Assembly: GCA_019828565.1 (NCBI GenBank)
Contig: JAHDYR010000031.1
Span: 62,001-126,000 of the forward strand
DNA from: Carpediemonas membranifera BICM
Taxonomy: Eukaryota; Protista; Fornicata
Direction: 5' to 3'
DNA length: 64,000 nucleotides
Shown here: piece by piece, positions 59,138-64,000 of the stretch
Numbering within the stretch: position 1 is the first letter of the stretch
How the letters are laid out: each line of letters opens with the position of its first letter
Position numbers and translations under genes: made by a program
Notes under the pieces: model-generated
Database searches by the model: none
Told to the model about the DNA's origin: nothing
Seen by the model: the letters and a program-made list of their open reading frames with translations, nothing else

Positions 59138-61855
59138 TTACTCGGATTCATCCTCTTCCGGCGCCCGCTTCTCACCGTCGACCTGGAGGGCCTTTCGCCG
59201 CCGCTCATCGGTCTTCTCGGTCTCAGCGCCCCAGATCTCTCCAAGAACGCCCGCGTACATGCGCACCAGGCCCCGCAGCTTGGTCTTCAGCATGGCTAAG
59301 CGCTCGTCCGGTCTGATGCTGGCGGCCTTGTCCCCGAGGGCGACGAGCGCGGCGTCCTCCAGGCTGAGGCGCTGCAGCCCGACCGTGATCAGCATGCACG
59401 CGATATTGTCGATCTCCGTGATGCTGTGATCAGTGGGGTCGAGGGGGCTGAGCTGTCTGCCCACGGTGAGGCGGGCCAGGGCGGGCAGCACGTCCATCAC
59501 CTGGCCTGGGTCGATGATCACCTCAGAGGCGTACGCTGTCAGCCGTGCAATGTCCTGCGCCGTCTGCCGCGCGCTGCTGGCCGCCCTGGCCCCGGGCCTG
59601 AGGGCAGCGGCCAGACCGGCCATGTCGATGGTGGTCTCAGCCTCGAAGCATCCAGGGACGTCAAGCAGGACCCTGAGCAGGCCTAGGGGAAGTCGGCTCA
59701 GGGTGGGCGTGGCCAGCTTGGCCGCCAGCCGCCTGACGAACTCCGTCCGGATGGGGGCAACCCAGTCGGTCGACCCGCCCAGCTGCTTCACACACACGAC
59801 GCTGTGCTCGCCAGTCAGTGCTGACGGGGTGTCCGACAGGTACACGGGCGTCAACCCCGCTCTCGTCCAGAACCGGAGCAGCGGCTCGGTCGCCCCGAAC
59901 GACGTGCCGAGCCAGTCGACACTGTCCGGCTCGAGGTCCGCGACGTTCCTCAGAGGCCCGCGCTTACCCGTGCCCTCGGCGCTGATCTGGCCGCGGTAGT
60001 GCCGCTCCAGCAGCCGCAGGGCCATGCTGCCGTAGCCCTTGCCCTGGAAGCTGGGGTGAGCCGCCACCCTGACGACGCGGGCGCCGGTCATGGCGCTGAG
60101 GTCGTTGTTGTGGGCGCCGTATGCACCGGTCAGGGTCCACGGGATGAGGTCGCCCTGGCCCGTCTGGCCCTTGGCGTACAGGGCATCGCGGGCGGCCGGG
60201 GTGATGACGCCCTCGAGCGACACCTGGACGACGCAGACGATGCTGGGGGTGCAGGTGTAGTCGATGAGCACGAACAGCCGCTGCGTGGGTCCGTCGGACA
60301 GCAGCTGCACGTCGCTGGGGCTGAAGCGGTAGTGGGAGGCCGCCAGCAGGCCCATGACGGTGTGCAGCACCTGCTCGCTGAGGACCCCGCGGCACCCGCC
60401 GGAGAAGAGCCAGTCGAGGTCAACCTGGAAGAGGGCGGGCTCGCTGTCGACCGATGGGGCCGCGATCTTGAGGCCTGACTCGGCGCCGACGTCGAGACAC
60501 AGCAGCTTGTACAGCCACGCCTCTACAAAGTCGCCCAGGCCATACCGGATGGGCGCCTTCATGTGGACCTTGACGGCCCCGTCGGTGGCGTCCCTCAGCT
60601 TCAAGGCCAGCGCCCTTCCCGTGCCCTCGTATCCGTTGACAGTGCTGCTGAGGATTATCTTGCCCTGGAAGGCCAGCAAGACCCGCATCGCCGTGGTGGG
60701 GACGGCCGCGGCCTCGTCTACCACGAGCAGCTGGGTCCTGGGGGGTATGGGGCTGTCAGCGGGCTCGAACAGCACTGTCTGGGCCACCCCCGCGGTCACA
60801 TAGACGGCAGTGGTCATGTGGTTGTCCGTAGTAACGCGCACGTCCCCCCGCTCGACGCCCAGGGCCCGCAGACCGCGTTGGGTGAACCGGAAGACCTCCT
60901 GGACTGAGTCGGGGGTCATTGCGGCGACCGTGACGAAACCCACCCCCGCCTTGAGGGCAGCGGCGACAGTAAGACCGACAGCCGCGCTCTTCCCACGGCC
61001 ACGGTCCGCATCGAGGTAAACGATGCGACCCGCCCCGCCGACGCGGGTCTCGGGGTCGACGAAGGGCACTGTCTTCTGCAGAGCCCGGGCCTGATCCTCT
61101 GAGGCGCATAGCCCGACGATCTGGCCGAGCGTCGTGGTCGTATCGGCCTCGGTCCTGATGAGCTCGAAGGAGGCGGCAGCCCTCTTCACCTGGCGGGCCG
61201 TCTCGTCCGGGACCTGCCACGAGGCCTGGCCGGTCTGGTTGGCCACCGACCAGTCCTGGTTGACGACGGTGGTGACGGGGCACTCGCCGAGGCCGGCCGC
61301 GAGCCGACGGTTGAAGCGGTTCACCGCGGTGCAGCCCTCCACGGCCGTCGTCATCCTGCCAGTGGACTCGGCAACGACATCAGCAAGCTGCCCCACCTCC
61401 TGCATGCCCTCGAGCAACAGGACGACGACACCGCCGCCGGACACGCACTCAACAACGCGTGCAAGGGCGTTGGGTGAGATCGCCGCCGGATCGTCGAGGA
61501 CGAGGAAGTTGTATGTCCTTCCGAGGATCCTATTGGTCTTGGAGTACTTGACACTCTCGATCTGGCTGGGCAGCAGGCCGTGGCTCTTCTTCTGGGTCCG
61601 AGGATCCTGCTCCTTGAAGCACCACAGCACGTCCATCGGACGGAAATCGTAATCCGGCGTCTTAGCTAGCCTGTGTGCTCTATAGGTTTCATACAGAGTC
61701 CCGAGCTTATCTATTGTGTGCTCGCCCAAGAGCACAAAGAGGGAGCGATAGTTCACGCCAATACAGTGCTTAATGCAATCAGAGATGTATCCATTCGACA
61801 GAGGAGCACTTGATACACCCTTGCCTTTCTCCTTGCGCTTCTCGTCGCGGGCCAT
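59138..61855 (-). CDS. NAT10: RNA cytidine acetyltransferase NAT10/Kre33
   Basis: 'PNALARVVECVSGGG', 'ADRGRGKSAAVG', 'VDEAAA', 'SSTVNGYEGTGR', 'SHYRFSPSD' and 'RVAAHPSFQGKGYGS'. Confidence 0.93.
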   Translation of the reverse strand: MARDEKRKEKGKGVSSAPLSNGYISDCIKHCIGVNYRSLFVLLGEHTIDKLGTLYETYRAHRLAKTPDYDFRPMDVLWCFKEQDPRTQKKSHGLLPSQIESVKYSKTNRILGRTYNFLVLDDPAAISPNALARVVECVSGGGVVVLLLEGMQEVGQLADVVAESTGRMTTAVEGCTAVNRFNRRLAAGLGECPVTTVVNQDWSVANQTGQASWQVPDETARQVKRAAASFELIRTEADTTTTLGQIVGLCASEDQARALQKTVPFVDPETRVGGAGRIVYLDADRGRGKSAAVGLTVAAALKAGVGFVTVAAMTPDSVQEVFRFTQRGLRALGVERGDVRVTTDNHMTTAVYVTAGVAQTVLFEPADSPIPPRTQLLVVDEAAAVPTTAMRVLLAFQGKIILSSTVNGYEGTGRALALKLRDATDGAVKVHMKAPIRYGLGDFVEAWLYKLLCLDVGAESGLKIAAPSVDSEPALFQVDLDWLFSGGCRGVLSEQVLHTVMGLLAASHYRFSPSDVQLLSDGPTQRLFVLIDYTCTPSIVCVVQVSLEGVITPAARDALYAKGQTGQGDLIPWTLTGAYGAHNNDLSAMTGARVVRVAAHPSFQGKGYGSMALRLLERHYRGQISAEGTGKRGPLRNVADLEPDSVDWLGTSFGATEPLLRFWTRAGLTPVYLSDTPSALTGEHSVVCVKQLGGSTDWVAPIRTEFVRRLAAKLATPTLSRLPLGLLRVLLDVPGCFEAETTIDMAGLAAALRPGARAASSARQTAQDIARLTAYASEVIIDPGQVMDVLPALARLTVGRQLSPLDPTDHSITEIDNIACMLITVGLQRLSLEDAALVALGDKAASIRPDERLAMLKTKLRGLVRMYAGVLGEIWGAETEKTDERRRKALQVDGEKRAPEEDESE

Positions 61856-62015
61856 CCAGTCGCTTCATGCATAAACTGCGGCGCGCATCAAACGTCGAGG
61901 ATTGAGTCGCGTCGATGATCACTTGCGCATATGATGCCCCATACACCCTCGGGCAGAGTGATCTCAATGTGCAGTTTAAGGCAAAAACTGTGCTGTTGAA
62001 CAGAAATATCCCCAT

Positions 62016-62300
62016 ATGGCTTCTGCATTGAAAGCACGCATAGCTCTCGATTACAAATTGGCTGATGCGACAGAAAATTGCCGTGTAGCCACCAAAAATG
62101 ACATAGTCGCTGCATGGGAAGGTAAGGCCGATCGCAAAGCGGCGTCCCGGCAGGAGCAGAGGGCGCGAGCTCAAATCGAGGAAGGCTACAAGACAGCGCG
62201 AGAGGAGGACATCCAGCGGCGCCGTGAGGAGCTCCGGGCCGTGTTCGAGGCAGACTCGGACCGGTTTGCCGCCCAGATCTCCGCCCTAGCCCGCCGCTGA
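62016..62300 (+). CDS. Small coiled-coil protein, possibly related to the CFAP53 N-terminus
   Basis: 94-aa ORF divergent from NAT10; 'QRRREELRAVFEAD...F...I'; a TAAA signal follows the stop. Confidence 0.5.
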   Translation: MASALKARIALDYKLADATENCRVATKNDIVAAWEGKADRKAASRQEQRARAQIEEGYKTAREEDIQRRREELRAVFEADSDRFAAQISALARR

Positions 62301-62349
62301 GAGCCCCCTGTGTATAAATCGCCTGCATGTTTACTCCGTCGGGCGCCAG

Positions 62350-63330
62350 TCACCGTGGGCGGGGTCGGGTGGGCGTCACCACCCGCTTGAGCCGGCAAAG
62401 CTGCTCGTCTTTCCGCTCGATGTCGCCCAACAGGCCCCGCAGCCGCGCCTGGGCCATAGCATCGCGGGCAAAGTCCATTGGCCTCTGCTTGGCTTCGTCC
62501 ACGATACCCCTGGCGGTCTGCTCCAGCTCGGCCCGCTCCCCGTCCAAACTGCTCAGCAAACGCCGCGCCTCCTTGTCTGTCTGTGCGGCGGGCAGCCTTG
62601 GTCTGGACTTGGGGCCAATGGAGGGAACCCTCGCCATGTCCCGGGGAGCCGAGCTCGGGCGGGCTCGACGCACACGCTTCGTCTTGGGCTTGGGCTCCTC
62701 TGCCCCACGGCCCATGACAAGGGCTGCCTGCAGCTGTACCAACTTAGCGACGGCGGCCTCAGCCTCCTCCTTCTCACGCTGGAGCTGGGCAATCTGCATA
62801 TCCTTTTCCCGCACCTGGTTCTGCAGCTTGAGAACCTCGACTGATGGGGCGTGCGACTCTGGTGCCCTGGCCTCCTTGTGACCCGGCACCATAGTCTGCA
62901 CCATACTCTTGATCGTCTCGATCTCCCGCCGGAGTCCTGCATTCTCCAGCCTGAGGCTCTCCTCATAAGCCCGCCGGCCGGGGTCCTCGTCCCTGCTGTA
63001 TCTGCGGCTTCTCTGCTCTATCGGCGCCGGGGGCGTCGGCCGGGCTGTGGCGTCCCGGTCGGGCGTGTCCCTGGTCCGGAGCGTCTCAGTCAAACGGTGC
63101 TCCGCCTGGTGGGCTGTTTCCCGCCATACACGGCTTTCATCTTCTAGGCCCTTCATTTGCTGCCCGAGAGTGCTCAGTGCTGTCAGTAGAGGCTGTGGTC
63201 TCTGTTTCGGTGGAAGGTTCCCGCTCGCAGACATTGATGGTGTCTTGTAGTACTTGATATCTAATGCTGGTGACGTCCAATGTTCTTCGTTCTCTGAAGC
63301 GCTCTCAGCAATGGAGAAATCTGCTTGCAT
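62350..63330 (-). CDS. Coiled-coil protein, CEP57-like
   Basis: N-terminal 'LLTALSTLGQQMKGLEDE' and C-terminal 'LSSLDGE...L.GDIERKDEQL.RLKR' resemble the two CEP57 domains. Confidence 0.5.
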   Translation of the reverse strand: MQADFSIAESASENEEHWTSPALDIKYYKTPSMSASGNLPPKQRPQPLLTALSTLGQQMKGLEDESRVWRETAHQAEHRLTETLRTRDTPDRDATARPTPPAPIEQRSRRYSRDEDPGRRAYEESLRLENAGLRREIETIKSMVQTMVPGHKEARAPESHAPSVEVLKLQNQVREKDMQIAQLQREKEEAEAAVAKLVQLQAALVMGRGAEEPKPKTKRVRRARPSSAPRDMARVPSIGPKSRPRLPAAQTDKEARRLLSSLDGERAELEQTARGIVDEAKQRPMDFARDAMAQARLRGLLGDIERKDEQLCRLKRVVTPTRPRPR

Positions 63331-63865
63331 GCCACTGTGAGAATTTAGCGAAATTTTAAAGATTCGGCAAGATTCCGACTTCCCCCTGTGTGTGTTTTAT
63401 GCCCCCCTCGGTCGTCTGCGGATTGAGTACCGCCAGCAGCTCCATGATCGATCCATTCCGGTGGAGTTGGCTGTGTCGGACTCAATGGCCATCACTTGCA
63501 TGGCTGGTTCAGTCGTGCCGGCAGCACCGTACCGGCGCTAACACGCATCTGGCCGCCATGTGTGAAGTAGTGTTGAGTAGCTCGGCACCACCACAAACGT
63601 ATCCCGGGAACTTCGATTCGATCAGACCGCTTGAAGAACGCAGCGCCTCGGTGAACGCTTCCATACATGTACCAAAGCCGATAATTTGTGAATTGCTTTA
63701 CTAGCTTCAATATGGACCTAGAACTGACCTGAAGTGACGGTCAGGAGGTCCCTGTCAATCTCCACAACCATGCCTGGTTGAGAGGTGTTCGATGGATCCG
63801 GTGGGTTCGTCGGTCTTCCGCGAGAGAACATGGTGGGTGTCAATGGAATGGATGAAATGTTGTGC

Positions 63866-64000
63866 CTAAGACTGCACCGACTCTGACCTCGCCGGAACGA
63901 GGCCAATGGGTGTGATCCGCCGCCGCCCGAGCTCGACCACCATGAGCCGCCTGATGTTAGGCATGTCCGCCTGTCGGAAGGCCGGTCCAGCCCCGAGTGC
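63866..64000 (-). CDS. Possible 3' end of a gene entering from outside the window
   Basis: 45 open codons from the window edge to TAG at 63866-63868 with GC-rich, coding-like composition. Confidence 0.3.
   Translation of the reverse strand, partial: ALGAGPAFRQADMPNIRRLMVVELGRRRITPIGLVPARSESVQS

Noticed and set aside
1-64000. Prokaryotic contig or operon interpretation; rRNA/tRNA genes
   Set aside because: Introns and eukaryote-specific genes (FYVE, homeobox, VPS26C, Gemin2, PIG-V) flank the bacterial-type genes. No rRNA or tRNA signatures were recognised by eye.

Overview
This is gene-dense, GC-rich eukaryotic nuclear DNA with very short intergenic spacers and sparse miniature (28-39 nt) GT-AG introns. 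Flagellar/centriolar genes (CEP95-, MNS1-, CEP57-like), a divergent Tom40, a presequence-less dihydrolipoamide dehydrogenase, an RCC1-repeat gene and bacterial-type genes suggest an anaerobic flagellate, probably a free-living metamonad such as Carpediemonas (inference). About 38 protein genes are supportable, mostly housekeeping (PIG-L, PIG-V, RNase T2, LPCAT, NIPA, Gemin2, ADAT1, SLC35F6, DLD, M16 peptidase, SNAPC3, VPS26C, NAT10). The standout region is 51.7-53.05 kb: a truncated Fanzor1/TnpB-like RNA-guided nuclease gene bracketed by two diverged direct copies of a roughly 90-nt structured element. The copies look like omegaRNA scaffolds/element ends and have different 3' flanks (candidate guides). 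Other notable items are a bacterial-chemoreceptor-type Cache domain fused to a class C GPCR 7TM domain, a CBM48 fused to tandem nucleotidyltransferase domains, a decayed Sey1/RHD3 pseudogene, and two proteins with collapsed P-loops. All family calls come from motif recognition by eye; no searches were run.
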